Below, piece by piece: positions 1 through 9,075 of a DNA stretch of 64,000 nucleotides (positions are counted from its first letter, which is position 1; each line of letters starts with the position of its first letter). The position numbers and the translations under genes were made by a program. Below the pieces are notes generated by a model that worked only from the letters and a program-made list of their open reading frames with translations, ran no database searches and was not told the DNA's origin. The stretch is from contig CALBGL010000066.1 of NCBI GenBank assembly GCA_937892735.1, positions 226 to 64,225 on the forward strand, in the 5' to 3' direction. The DNA comes from an uncultured Clostridia bacterium. Its GTDB lineage: Bacteria > Bacillota > Clostridia > Lachnospirales > Bianqueaceae.

Positions 1-197
1 AGGATCTCTACCTCATCGGCCTCCGTCCGTGTGGTGCCCAGTTTCTGCCCCGGAGCGCGCCTTTTCATCTGCCGGCGCAGCTCCTCCATGTCAATCAGAA
101 GCCCCGGCTCCAGTCCATCAATCACCACACCGATTCCTCTGCCGTGGGATTCTCCGAAGATGGACACCCGAATGTCCTGCCCATATACGTTACTCAT
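1..197 (-). CDS. aroC: chorismate synthase, N-terminal part (gene runs off the window start)
   Basis: Hand translation of the reverse strand from the ATG at 197 gives MSNVYGQDIRVSIFGESHGRGIGVVIDGLEPG..., a typical chorismate synthase N-terminus. It is missing from the ORF track because it is truncated. Its ATG overlaps the aroA stop. Confidence 0.85.
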   Translation of the reverse strand, partial: MSNVYGQDIRVSIFGESHGRGIGVVIDGLEPGLLIDMEELRRQMKRRAPGQKLGTTRTEADEVEI

Positions 198-1461
198 AGT
201 TTCCTCCCATCTGCACCAGATCCGTCCAGAAGGCGGGCCAGGATTTGCTGACACTCTCTGAACCCAGAATACGAATCCCCTCTCTCGTATGCTGTGCCAG
301 CACCGCCAGAGACATGGCCATCCTGTGATCGTTTTCACTTTCCGCCGTTCCTCCGACATAGCTTGCCGGAGATCCTTCTACCAACAATCCGTCCTCCGAC
401 TCTGTGATCCGTGCGCCGATCTTCTCGTATTCCTGATGTATGGCCCGCAGCCGATCGCTCTCCTTCAGCCGCAGCCGCACCGCGTTTCGAATGACCATCT
501 GCCCTTCCGCGCAGCATCCTATGGCGGCTACAACTGGGATCAGATCCGGACACTGCGAGGCATCCACCTCGATATTGCGCAATCTCTCCGCACGATGCAC
601 CCACAGGGTCTCCCCCTGCCATTCCAGCGGAACTCCCATCCGGGACAGAATCTGCAGGATCACCCTGTCTCCCTGCAAAGAATCTTTTCGGAGACCCTTA
701 AGCCCTATTCCCGCCGGTGACGCAGCGAGCGCTCCGGCGACCAGCATGAAAGCGGCCTGGGAATAATCCGCTTCCACCTCATATTCCACGGGCTGATACC
801 GCTGTCCTCCCGGAATCCGATAACCCTGCTCTGTTCTCTCCGCATGAACCCCAAAGGCATCCATCGCCGAGAGCGTCAGCGTCACATAAGGTTCTGACTC
901 TAACGGTGTTGTCAGGATGATTTCAGAGTCTTCCGCCAACATCGGCAGAGCCAGAAGAAGTCCCGTGATAAACTGAGAGCTGACATCTCCCCGCATCCGA
1001 AATCGGCCGGGCTGAAGTTGTCCCTCTATAGACAGCGGCAGCCAGGACTCCTCTCTGCGCCATAGAATCCCGTGCCGGGGCAGCGTGTCCTCATAGACGG
1101 AGAGGGGCCTCTCTCCCAGTCTGCCCGTTCCTGTGAAGCGCGCCGATATGCCGAGAGCCGCGGCAACAGGAATCAGGAATCGCAGCGTAGACCCCGATTC
1201 CCCGCAGAAGAGATCCGCACATGTCTCTGCACACATGATGCCCTGTACTACCAGCTCTTTTCCTTCCCAGTCGATTCTTGCCCCCAACCGACGCATGGCC
1301 TCGATCGTGGCCTGAATATCCTGAGACAGGTCAATCCCGCGCAGCCGGGATGTCCCTGCGGCCAATGACGCGCAGATGACGGCGCGATGCGCGATACTCT
1401 TAGAAGCAGGAATCCGTAACAAGCCGGATAATACCGAAGGCATCACCTTTTTACTTTCCAT
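190..1461 (-). CDS. aroA: 3-phosphoshikimate 1-carboxyvinyltransferase (EPSP synthase)
   Basis: 423-aa ORF with the LRIPASKSIAHRAVICASLA N-terminal motif and typical AroA length and domain order. It overlaps the tyrA stop. Confidence 0.93.
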   Translation of the reverse strand: MESKKVMPSVLSGLLRIPASKSIAHRAVICASLAAGTSRLRGIDLSQDIQATIEAMRRLGARIDWEGKELVVQGIMCAETCADLFCGESGSTLRFLIPVAAALGISARFTGTGRLGERPLSVYEDTLPRHGILWRREESWLPLSIEGQLQPGRFRMRGDVSSQFITGLLLALPMLAEDSEIILTTPLESEPYVTLTLSAMDAFGVHAERTEQGYRIPGGQRYQPVEYEVEADYSQAAFMLVAGALAASPAGIGLKGLRKDSLQGDRVILQILSRMGVPLEWQGETLWVHRAERLRNIEVDASQCPDLIPVVAAIGCCAEGQMVIRNAVRLRLKESDRLRAIHQEYEKIGARITESEDGLLVEGSPASYVGGTAESENDHRMAMSLAVLAQHTREGIRILGSESVSKSWPAFWTDLVQMGGNYE

Positions 1462-2389
1462 GAGCGCCTCCCAGTTCCGATCGAGAGATCTCCCGGTTCC
1501 ACTCGCGCTTGCGGTCTCCAGACTTCTTCAGGAAGCACTTCAGTCCTTCCCGATCCTCCGCTTCCATCAAGGATGTAAATTCTCCCAGTGCGATCATGAA
1601 ATCACGCAGGGATTCCGTCAGCGCCTGGGAATTCATCATGAACAGCTCTGTCCAGAGATTCTCATTGATATCGGCAATACGTGTCACATCCCGGAAGCTG
1701 CCGCCCGAGAAGGCTTTGACATCGTCTCCGCCATGCCAGGCCTGCATCAGGACGGATGCCATGACATGGGGCAAGTGGCTGGTATAAGCGATCAGACGAT
1801 CGTGTTCCATAGGATCCACCTCTCGCACGCGTCCGAACCCCAGGACTCGAGCCAGATCGTACATGGCACTCACCGTCTCCGGCGTGTTTTTCTCCGTGGG
1901 CGTCAGCACAAACGTAGCGCCCAGGAACATTTCCCCGTCCCCGTTCTCATATCCTACCTTCTCACGGCCCGCCATCGGATGCGCCCCGATGAACTCTACT
2001 CCTTCCGGCATAAGCCGCTGTGCCTCTTCTACAAAGTCCCCTTTCAACCCGCAGATATCCATCACGATGGTTCCCGGCTGCAATGCCTTCGCGTGTTCCA
2101 CCAGAAAGCGCATCATCCCCGCCGGGTACATGGATAATACGACCAGACGACAGTTGCCAAGCAATGCCTCTGTTTTTTCCGGCTCCCCCGGCTCTACCGC
2201 GCCGTCCTCAATCATCTCATCCCGCAGCGCCCGCTCGATCGGCTCCGGTCGAATATCCACCGCCTGAATGTGGATATCCTCGGAATACTCCTTCAGAGAC
2301 CGCACGATGGAACCGCCCATCAGCCCCAGTCCTACGATCAGCACGTTTCCGGATAAGACCTGAGGGATCTTTCGTTTTCGTATCATCAT
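1451..2389 (-). CDS. tyrA: prephenate dehydrogenase
   Basis: Rossmann motif VLIVGLGLMGGS, with the HPMAG and ...SHLPH... motifs of prephenate dehydrogenases. Start placed at the internal ATGATG (2389), preceded by GAGGTG. The longer ORF to 2458 would overlap hisE. Confidence 0.85.
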   Translation of the reverse strand: MMIRKRKIPQVLSGNVLIVGLGLMGGSIVRSLKEYSEDIHIQAVDIRPEPIERALRDEMIEDGAVEPGEPEKTEALLGNCRLVVLSMYPAGMMRFLVEHAKALQPGTIVMDICGLKGDFVEEAQRLMPEGVEFIGAHPMAGREKVGYENGDGEMFLGATFVLTPTEKNTPETVSAMYDLARVLGFGRVREVDPMEHDRLIAYTSHLPHVMASVLMQAWHGGDDVKAFSGGSFRDVTRIADINENLWTELFMMNSQALTESLRDFMIALGEFTSLMEAEDREGLKCFLKKSGDRKREWNREISRSELGGAHGK

Positions 2390-2399
2390 CGTAATCACC

Positions 2400-2717
2400 T
2401 CAGGATTTGTATTTGCGGTCCAATTCCTTCTGTCCATGCCGCTTTTCCAGCTCGTCATAAATCTCCTGCCAGGTCACGCCCTTCTCCACCATCAGCACCA
2501 TGAGATGATACAGCAGATCGGATACCTCGTAAATGACTTCGTCCTTTCCTTCATTCTTGCCCCCAATGATGACCTCGGTACATTCTTCTCCCACCTTCTT
2601 CAGGATCTTGTCCAGCCCCCGATCGAAAAGATAATTCGTATAGGAGCCTTCTACCGGGTTCTTCTTACGGTCTGTCACAACCTCATACACCTCTTGCAGT
2701 ACGTCTTTTCTTTCCAT
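2400..2717 (-). CDS. hisE: phosphoribosyl-ATP pyrophosphohydrolase
   Basis: 105 aa with ...GSYTNYLFDRGLDKILKKVGEECTEVIIGGKN...EVSDLLYHLMVLM..., the classic HisE (PRA-PH) signature. It is monofunctional and separate from hisI. Confidence 0.9.
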   Translation of the reverse strand: MERKDVLQEVYEVVTDRKKNPVEGSYTNYLFDRGLDKILKKVGEECTEVIIGGKNEGKDEVIYEVSDLLYHLMVLMVEKGVTWQEIYDELEKRHGQKELDRKYKS

Positions 2718-2790
2718 GAAAATTCCTCCTTGTTTTATGAACTCTCATAGTTTTGTCCGGGCCTGACAGGAAGGCTCTCCCTGAGATAAT

Positions 2791-3072
2791 AAAAAACTCT
2801 CGCCCCTTAAAGGACGAGAGCCTATACTCCGTGTTACCACCTTTGTTTACGAACGGCTCGCGCCATCCGCCTTATCAAGCACAGCGTCAATGCGCGATGC
2901 TCTAGCACGATAACGAGTGCAGGTTCCGTCGCAGCCTACTTCTGGTTCGGTGCGAGACTCCGAGATGTATTCATCCGCCGCTCTCTCTGCCCCTCTCACC
3001 TGCCGGGTACTCTCTGTAAAGCGCCTCGCGGACTACTTCTTCTCTTCCTAGCCTTTGACAAATGCTATGAAT
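2791..3072 (-). promoter_or_regulatory. T-box riboswitch leader, candidate Tyr (UAC) specifier, with intrinsic terminator
   Basis: The reverse strand shows stem I elements (AGAAGAAGTAG...ACAGAGAG...GGTGAGAG), a specifier loop GAA-UAC-A (codon at 2967-2969) closed by TCCGC/GCGGA, the T-box sequence AAAGGTGGTAACACGG (2829-2844) and a terminator CTCTCGTCC-TTTAA-GGGGCGAGAG followed by TTTTTT (2791-2820). Confidence 0.8.
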
Positions 3073-3078
3073 GATTTC

Positions 3079-3107
3079 ATTATACCCGCTATCAGATGGC
3101 TTGTCAA
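3079..3107 (-). promoter_or_regulatory. sigma-A type promoter for the Tyr T-box operon
   Basis: Reverse strand reads TTGACA, 17 nt, TATAAT (both hexamers match consensus) directly upstream of the T-box leader. Confidence 0.7.
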
Positions 3108-3191
3108 CGTTTTTTTACGGTAAAATTCCTATCCAGAACGACAAGTTTTCATGGCGCGTACTTGAAAGCACCGCCGCTGTATCATCCCTTA

Positions 3192-3443
3192 TCAAGAACA
3201 CAACACCTGCAGTTCTTCCTCCGGATCCAGGGGTACTAGAATGATGGATTCAGTACCATCACCTATTGGCTTCAAATCGAAGATGACATATCCTGATGTC
3301 GCAATCAGCGGATACACACTGACATTCGTCTGCGTTTCCATAAGCGGAAATTCACAAGTTCGTATCGTATTACCATCATAGTCTGTAATCAGACTACGAG
3401 GTGTATTCCATCCCCAGGATGATACGGTAATGTGATTATCCAA
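3192..3443 (-). CDS. small ORF continuing the upstream lipoprotein gene in another frame (possible frameshifted C-terminus)
   Basis: 83-aa ORF starting at TTG, overlapping the stop of ORF 3436..4233 by 8 nt in a different frame. No separate SD is evident. Confidence 0.35.
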   Translation of the reverse strand: MDNHITVSSWGWNTPRSLITDYDGNTIRTCEFPLMETQTNVSVYPLIATSGYVIFDLKPIGDGTESIILVPLDPEEELQVLCS

Positions 3444-4233
3444 TATAGAATTCTTCTGATTCTTTTTTCATTTCATTCGTATGAATATTGTATCTATATA
3501 ATATACCCGTGATTCCTTCATTGACTCCCTCTGTGGTATAATCTCGTTCCAAAAAATACATCTCATTTCCCCAAAAGTTCATATAGAAATCGTATCCTGT
3601 GATGCTGTCTCCCTTTTTATCTAATATGATTTCTGTCTCTTCTTTATTTCCTCCCAGCTTAACCCTAGCTGCAATGAGATGATTACATGATTGCCCCGCT
3701 TCCACTTCACTCAATACTTCTGCCATATATACATATCCCCTATGTATGCGCATAGCCGCACTATATTCGTTAAACATAAATGGTTCCGGTAACTCTTGTA
3801 CCTTTTCATGATCCGATCCATCTATGTTCATAGAACATAAATAATAGCTGTCTTCTTCCCATTCCGCCCAATATAGTTTTTCATTATAATAGCAAAATCC
3901 GCACAGACCCCAGAAATACGCATTGCACGTACTGCCAGTATGTGTACATTCCGGCTTACCACACAAGGGCGCTGCCCTCTCTGTTTGCGTATCAAAGAAA
4001 TACAATATTGAACCACACTTGAAAAATATCGTATCTCTCACTATTGCAGCGTCTTTATATCGGGAAAACTGATTTTGTGCATCGTAGTCTGGCAGGTATC
4101 CATCGGTCAGGAAGAGCGCTTCTTCCTCTGTCAACGCAGGAGTCTCTGCAGAGTCTTCCCGCTCCGGCGTCTGACAGCCACTTAAGAACACCATCAGCAT
4201 GCAGATCCATACGAAGTATCTTCTCATCTCCAC
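3436..4233 (-). CDS. lipoprotein of unknown function (repeat-rich, possibly DUF5050-like beta-propeller)
   Basis: Signal peptide plus lipobox (MLMVFLSGC), a Cys-rich motif LCGKPECTHTGSTCNAYFWGLCGFC, and repeated Y/F-rich strands. Confidence 0.6.
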   Translation of the reverse strand: MEMRRYFVWICMLMVFLSGCQTPEREDSAETPALTEEEALFLTDGYLPDYDAQNQFSRYKDAAIVRDTIFFKCGSILYFFDTQTERAAPLCGKPECTHTGSTCNAYFWGLCGFCYYNEKLYWAEWEEDSYYLCSMNIDGSDHEKVQELPEPFMFNEYSAAMRIHRGYVYMAEVLSEVEAGQSCNHLIAARVKLGGNKEETEIILDKKGDSITGYDFYMNFWGNEMYFLERDYTTEGVNEGITGILYRYNIHTNEMKKESEEFYIG

Positions 4234-4301
4234 GATTCGCCCTTCTTCCCGTGATACGGCAAAAGGCGAGCATACGCCCGCCTTTTCGCCTGCCCGCGGA
4301 T

Positions 4302-4670
4302 TTACTCCACGATTCTCCCCAGATAGTTCGCATAGCTACTGGGCATATAATACTCCGCATCCGCGTATGACACATTATACAGACCACTGTGCGTTGCGGT
4401 ACAGGAACCACCCGTGGAAGTATTTCTTGCAGTTGCTATTGGTTGTCCATTGGCGTTCATCGCATACACCACCGTCGCCACACCCCATGGCGAGGTGGGA
4501 GACGTGGAAATGCTCGACCACACGGAAGTCGAGGTGGATGACGCGTTGCAGCTTGCCGTATACCCCTGATACGTAAACCGCGCCGTCTTCGCGTTGACCA
4601 CCAGAGTGGATCCTGCCACCAGCACCAATGCCAATACCAAAGAAACGATACGCTTGGAAACCTTTTTCAT
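4302..4670 (-). CDS. small secreted Ser/Thr-rich protein of unknown function
   Basis: Start placed at the internal MKKVSKRIVSLVLALVLVAGSTLVVNA signal peptide. The mature part is ~95 aa with two Cys. No family recognised. Confidence 0.5.
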   Translation of the reverse strand: MKKVSKRIVSLVLALVLVAGSTLVVNAKTARFTYQGYTASCNASSTSTSVWSSISTSPTSPWGVATVVYAMNANGQPIATARNTSTGGSCTATHSGLYNVSYADAEYYMPSSYANYLGRIVE

Positions 4671-4904
4671 TTTGGAAACAATCTTCGAACTCTTTGTTTC
4701 CTGTTTATATCCATCATACCATATAAAGGGAAAATCCGCAAGCATTTTTCACAAAAATATTGATCTTTCCCCAAAAAATATATATTATTTTTATGCATCA
4801 TTTTCTATTTTGCCCCATTCGCCTTCATACTTTTCTCCAAAAACCCATAGCTGCACAAGATTCTTTTATCTCATCTGCGCTGCATATTTTTTTCAAATAC
4901 AATA

Positions 4905-4935
4905 GAAAGGGCGAGCACTCATGGCTCGCCCTTTC
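4905..4935 (-). terminator. hairpin terminator after hisI
   Basis: GAAAGGGCGAGC-7 nt-GCTCGCCCTTTC perfect inverted repeat 30 nt downstream of the hisI stop, with a partly U-rich tail. Confidence 0.6.
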
Positions 4936-4965
4936 TAGAAAAATCCTTCGTTTTCTTCCCCCTGA

Positions 4966-5283
4966 TTACACGATCTTCTGAAAAAAGCAGCTATAGCTGC
5001 CGGTATGACAGGCGGCCCCGGTCTGCTCCACCAACGCCAGGAGACAATCCCTATCGCAATCCGCGTAGATCGCCCGCACTTTCTGGAAATGGCCGGAGGT
5101 CTCCCCTTTCAGCCACTGGGCCTTTCGGCTGCGGCTGTAGTAATGCATCCGTCCACTCGCCAGCGTATCCTCAAATGCCTGTTTGTTCATCCAGGCCTGC
5201 ATCAAGACCGTATGATCATCGGCCGACTGGACAATCACCGGAACAAGGCCCGCCTCATTGGCTTTCAGCTCTTCAAATGTCAT
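4966..5283 (-). CDS. hisI: phosphoribosyl-AMP cyclohydrolase
   Basis: 105 aa with GLVPVIVQ...MQAWMN...HYYSRSR..LW.KGETSGH...DCD.D motifs. There is no fused HisE domain. Confidence 0.92.
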   Translation of the reverse strand: MTFEELKANEAGLVPVIVQSADDHTVLMQAWMNKQAFEDTLASGRMHYYSRSRKAQWLKGETSGHFQKVRAIYADCDRDCLLALVEQTGAACHTGSYSCFFQKIV

Positions 5284-6080
5284 AGCATCCTCCTGTAAGG
5301 CCGCAGGGGAATCTCATAGGCTTGCAGCGCTTCCTTGATCTCCTGCACCGTATAGTTTCGGTCCAGCCGCGGCGAGTAGAGCATGGAGCTGATGATTCCT
5401 GCGCTGGCGCCCGTCTCCGTAAAGACCCGGGCCAGATGCTCCGGTTTCCCCGCTCCGCCAGAGGCGATCACCGGGATATTCACCGCCTCCGCGATCTTGC
5501 CGGTGATCTCCAGATCATATCCCGCGTGCGTACCGTCACAGTCGATGGAATTCACGCAGATCTCTCCAGCCCCCAGGCTCTCGCCCCGCTTCGCCCACTC
5601 CACCGCGTCCATGCCGGTGAAGACTCTGGCTCCGTCGATGGCAATCTCATAGCCGCTGGGGATCTTTTGCGTCGGCGTCACCTTCTTGACCTGCATGCTC
5701 AACACCATGCACTGCCGCCCAAAGGCCAGCGCGCCCTGCGTGATGATTTCCGGATGTCGCACGGCCATCGAATCGATGCTGATCTTCTCCGCCCCAGCCT
5801 TGAGAACCTGAAACATATCGTTCAGTGATCGGATGCCGCCACCCACCGTAAAAGGCACAAATACTTCCTTCGCCACACGGCGTACCATCTCCAGATCGAT
5901 GGGCCGTTTCTCCGCGCTGGCCATGATATCATAAAAGATGATCTCATCGATCTGTTCCTCGTAGACGGTACGGGCCATCTCCTCTGCCGGCGCGATGTCG
6001 ATGTTATCCTGAAACTGATGGGCCTTAGTCACCATCCCATTCTTCACATCAAAACAGGCAATCAACCGTTTTGTCAGCAT
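5280..6080 (-). CDS. hisF: imidazole glycerol phosphate synthase, cyclase subunit
   Basis: RLIACFDVKNG...VPFTVGGGIRS...ASGGAG motifs. 4-nt overlap with hisI. Confidence 0.93.
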   Translation of the reverse strand: MLTKRLIACFDVKNGMVTKAHQFQDNIDIAPAEEMARTVYEEQIDEIIFYDIMASAEKRPIDLEMVRRVAKEVFVPFTVGGGIRSLNDMFQVLKAGAEKISIDSMAVRHPEIITQGALAFGRQCMVLSMQVKKVTPTQKIPSGYEIAIDGARVFTGMDAVEWAKRGESLGAGEICVNSIDCDGTHAGYDLEITGKIAEAVNIPVIASGGAGKPEHLARVFTETGASAGIISSMLYSPRLDRNYTVQEIKEALQAYEIPLRPYRRML

Positions 6081-6697
6081 AGTTTGATCCCCTCCTCCAC
6101 GATTCTCACAAAGTTTCGCAGCATCCTGAGGCCGCTCTCTCCGCTCTTCTCCATATGAAACTGTGTCGCCATGATGTTCTTCCAGGCCACCATCGCGCAG
6201 AAATCCACGCCATATTCGGCCTGTCCCAATACCATGGGTTCTTCCTCCGGCACTGCGTAATAGGAATTGACGAAATAATAATAATCCGACGCTCCGCAGC
6301 CCTCGACCAGCGGATGCTCTCTCGTAAAACGCACCTCGTTATAGCCGATCTGCGGCACGCGCACCGTATCCGGGAATTGTACCACGCGGCCCGGCAGCCA
6401 GCCCAGGCAAGGGGTATCATCCTCCTCACTGTGCTCAAACAGAATCTGCAATCCCACGCAGATGCCCAGGAAGGGCATGTGTTCAAACTTTACCTTATGT
6501 TCCACCGCATCGAGCAGTTCATCGGATTCCAGAGAAAGGATCGTAGCGTCCGCCGAACCCACGCCCGGCAGAATGATTCCCTGCACCGTATCCAGTTCCG
6601 CCGCGCTCCGAATCCGCATCGCCTGGGCGCCGATCTTTTCCAGCGCGCTATAGACGCTGGGCGCATTGCCCGCCTTATAGTCAATGACTCCAATCAT
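6074..6697 (-). CDS. hisH: imidazole glycerol phosphate synthase, glutamine amidotransferase subunit
   Basis: MIGVIDYKAGN...LPGVGS...GICVGLQ...QFHMEKS motifs. Start placed at the internal ATG because the longer ORF would overlap hisA. Confidence 0.9.
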   Translation of the reverse strand: MIGVIDYKAGNAPSVYSALEKIGAQAMRIRSAAELDTVQGIILPGVGSADATILSLESDELLDAVEHKVKFEHMPFLGICVGLQILFEHSEEDDTPCLGWLPGRVVQFPDTVRVPQIGYNEVRFTREHPLVEGCGASDYYYFVNSYYAVPEEEPMVLGQAEYGVDFCAMVAWKNIMATQFHMEKSGESGLRMLRNFVRIVEEGIKLC

Positions 6698-6701
6698 ATG
6701 C

Positions 6702-7424
6702 CTACCGCCTTTCGAATGTTTCGATCGCCTGTGCCAGGTCGATCCGTTTTTCATAAAGAGATTTACCCAGGATGGCGCCCGGAATGCCGACGCGAGAGAG
6801 CGCGGCCAGATCTTCCATCGAAGACACGCCCCCGGAAGCGATCACCGCCAGCCCCGTCTCCTGCGCTAATTCCCGGGTAGCTGTCACATTCGGACCGCAC
6901 AGCATGCCATCCCGCGCGATATCCGTATAGACCGCATACCGCAGCCCCATCGCATACATCCGTTTTCCCAGTTCCACCGCGCGCATCTGGCTGACTTCCT
7001 CCCAGCCCTCCGTGGCCACAAAGCCATCCCGGGCGTCGATGCCTACCAAAATGCGCTCCGCGCCGTACTCTGAAAGCGCCTCCTTTAGGAAATCCGGATT
7101 CTTCACAGCCGCCGTTCCGATGATCACACGGCGAATCCCCACGCCAAGCTTCTCCTCGATCTGTTCCATACTGCGAATCCCGCCGCCCGTCTGCACCGGG
7201 ATATGGACACTTCGAACAATCGCCGAAAGCGCGTCCAGATTGACCGCGCGCCCCGCCAGCGCCCCATCCAGATCCACCGTATGAATCCAGGAAGCGCCCG
7301 CGTCCTCCCAGGCCTTCGCCACCCGGGCCGGATTCTCCTCATACACCTTCACCGCGTCGAAGCTTCCCTGAGAAAGCCGGACGCAACGTCCTTCTTTAAT
7401 GTCGATTGCCGGATATAGTATCAT
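6702..7424 (-). CDS. hisA: 1-(5-phosphoribosyl)-5-[(5-phosphoribosylamino)methylideneamino]imidazole-4-carboxamide isomerase
   Basis: ILYPAIDIKEGRCVRLSQG...VQTGGGIRS...ASGGVSS motifs. Confidence 0.92.
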   Translation of the reverse strand: MILYPAIDIKEGRCVRLSQGSFDAVKVYEENPARVAKAWEDAGASWIHTVDLDGALAGRAVNLDALSAIVRSVHIPVQTGGGIRSMEQIEEKLGVGIRRVIIGTAAVKNPDFLKEALSEYGAERILVGIDARDGFVATEGWEEVSQMRAVELGKRMYAMGLRYAVYTDIARDGMLCGPNVTATRELAQETGLAVIASGGVSSMEDLAALSRVGIPGAILGKSLYEKRIDLAQAIETFERR

Positions 7425-8005
7425 AGGACTCCTTTCGTGGAGCGCACGCCCTCGATCCGGGGATCCACACGAACTGCCTGATCCACGGCCTGGCCCAGCC
7501 CCTTAAACATCGCCTCGGCGATATGATGATTGTTGCTGCCGGAAAGCTGCCGAAAATGCAGATTCATACCGGCATGTATCGCCAACGCATAGAAAAACTC
7601 CCGAAACATCTCCGTATCCATCGTGCCTAGTCTGGGGACCGTAAATGCGACCTCCATGCCCAGATAGGCCCGACCCGAAAAATCCACGGCTGCCACCATC
7701 AACGTCTCGTCCATCGGCAGGATCGCCGATCCATACCGCCGGATGCCCGCCTTGTCTCCCAAAGCCTCCCGGAACGCCATTCCGAGGCAGATCCCGATAT
7801 CCTCCACCGTATGATGACAGTCCACGGCAAGATCTCCCTCCGCTTCTACCGTAAGATCCAGGAAACCATGTTTACAGAACAGGGTCAGCATATGATCCAG
7901 AAAACCAATCCCGGTATGGATCTGGGATTTCCCTGTCCCGTCCAGATTCAGCGTGATCAGAATCCTGGTCTCTCCCGTCTCCCGCTCGATCGTCGCCTGT
8001 CTCAT
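7421..8005 (-). CDS. hisB: imidazoleglycerol-phosphate dehydratase
   Basis: RETGETRI...GIGFLDHML...DCHHTVEDIGI...GSNNHHIAEA motifs. Confidence 0.93.
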   Translation of the reverse strand: MRQATIERETGETRILITLNLDGTGKSQIHTGIGFLDHMLTLFCKHGFLDLTVEAEGDLAVDCHHTVEDIGICLGMAFREALGDKAGIRRYGSAILPMDETLMVAAVDFSGRAYLGMEVAFTVPRLGTMDTEMFREFFYALAIHAGMNLHFRQLSGSNNHHIAEAMFKGLGQAVDQAVRVDPRIEGVRSTKGVL

Positions 8006-9075
8006 GCCTCATCCTCCTCGATTATCTTCATAATCTGTCTCAGCAGCCGGTCGTTCTGATCCGGCCGTCCCACCGTCACGCGGACAAAGCGCCGCATCTT
8101 TCCGCCATAGGCCCGCACCAGAAAGCCCGCGTCTAAAAGCGCCTGTCCCGGATTCTCCCGTCCGAACCGCATCAGGAAGAAGTTCGCGCTGGAAGGATAG
8201 ATGAAAAAACCATGTGTGCCATTGTACTTCTGCAGGGCCGCATACATCCGGTCTCGTTCGTTCACCACCTGATGGATCTCCGCCTCATACTCCGGCTGGC
8301 ACAGCGCCCACAGCGCGATCTTCTGCGAAAGCGTACCCAGGTTATAGGGCGCCCGCACCTTATCCAACGCGCGGATGATCTCCTCCGATCCCAGGGCATA
8401 TCCCGTACGGATACCCGCCAGTCCATAGGCCTTAGAAAACGTTTTCAGGATCACAAGATGCGGAAACTCCCGGATCCACGCGGTATGATTCTCCCCACAG
8501 AACTCCCCATAGGCTTCATCCAGCGCGACAATGCAGCCTGCCTCCCGAATCAGGCGCCTCAGATCTGCCTCCGGGATCCCATTGCCCGTGGGATTATTGG
8601 GCGTACAGAGATACAAGATCTTCGGGCGCACGCTGGCGCACCACTCCAAAATCGTCTCTACCGGATAGGCGAAGTCCTCTCCCAACGGAAAGGCTGCCGC
8701 CGCTCCATGATTGATGACCGCGCTCAGGCTATACATGCTGAACGACGGTTCCGGTACCAGAATCCGATCCCCCTCACTGAGAAAAGCACGACTCAGATAA
8801 TCGATCAGCTGATCGGATCCTACGGCACACAGCACGTTTTCCTTCCGCAGGCCATATTTCTCTGCCAATGCCTCCCGCAGCTCTATACAATCCGTATCCG
8901 GATACACCCGCAGGTCTTCTTCTTCCATAAGCCAGCCGATCAGCTTCTCCTTCAGTCCCGCGGGAAGCGAAAACGGACTCTCGTTGGCATCCAGCTTTTC
9001 CCCGGAAACCGGCTGTACCTGATAGTTCTCCATACGGCGAATCTCTGGCCGCAGCAGTTCTTCCACCCGGCTCAT
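8002..9075 (-). CDS. hisC: histidinol-phosphate aminotransferase
   Basis: Class II aminotransferase, 357 aa, with LDANESP...TPNNPTG...TFSKAYGLAG.R.GY motifs, sitting inside the his operon. Confidence 0.9.
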   Translation of the reverse strand: MSRVEELLRPEIRRMENYQVQPVSGEKLDANESPFSLPAGLKEKLIGWLMEEEDLRVYPDTDCIELREALAEKYGLRKENVLCAVGSDQLIDYLSRAFLSEGDRILVPEPSFSMYSLSAVINHGAAAAFPLGEDFAYPVETILEWCASVRPKILYLCTPNNPTGNGIPEADLRRLIREAGCIVALDEAYGEFCGENHTAWIREFPHLVILKTFSKAYGLAGIRTGYALGSEEIIRALDKVRAPYNLGTLSQKIALWALCQPEYEAEIHQVVNERDRMYAALQKYNGTHGFFIYPSSANFFLMRFGRENPGQALLDAGFLVRAYGGKMRRFVRVTVGRPDQNDRLLRQIMKIIEEDEA

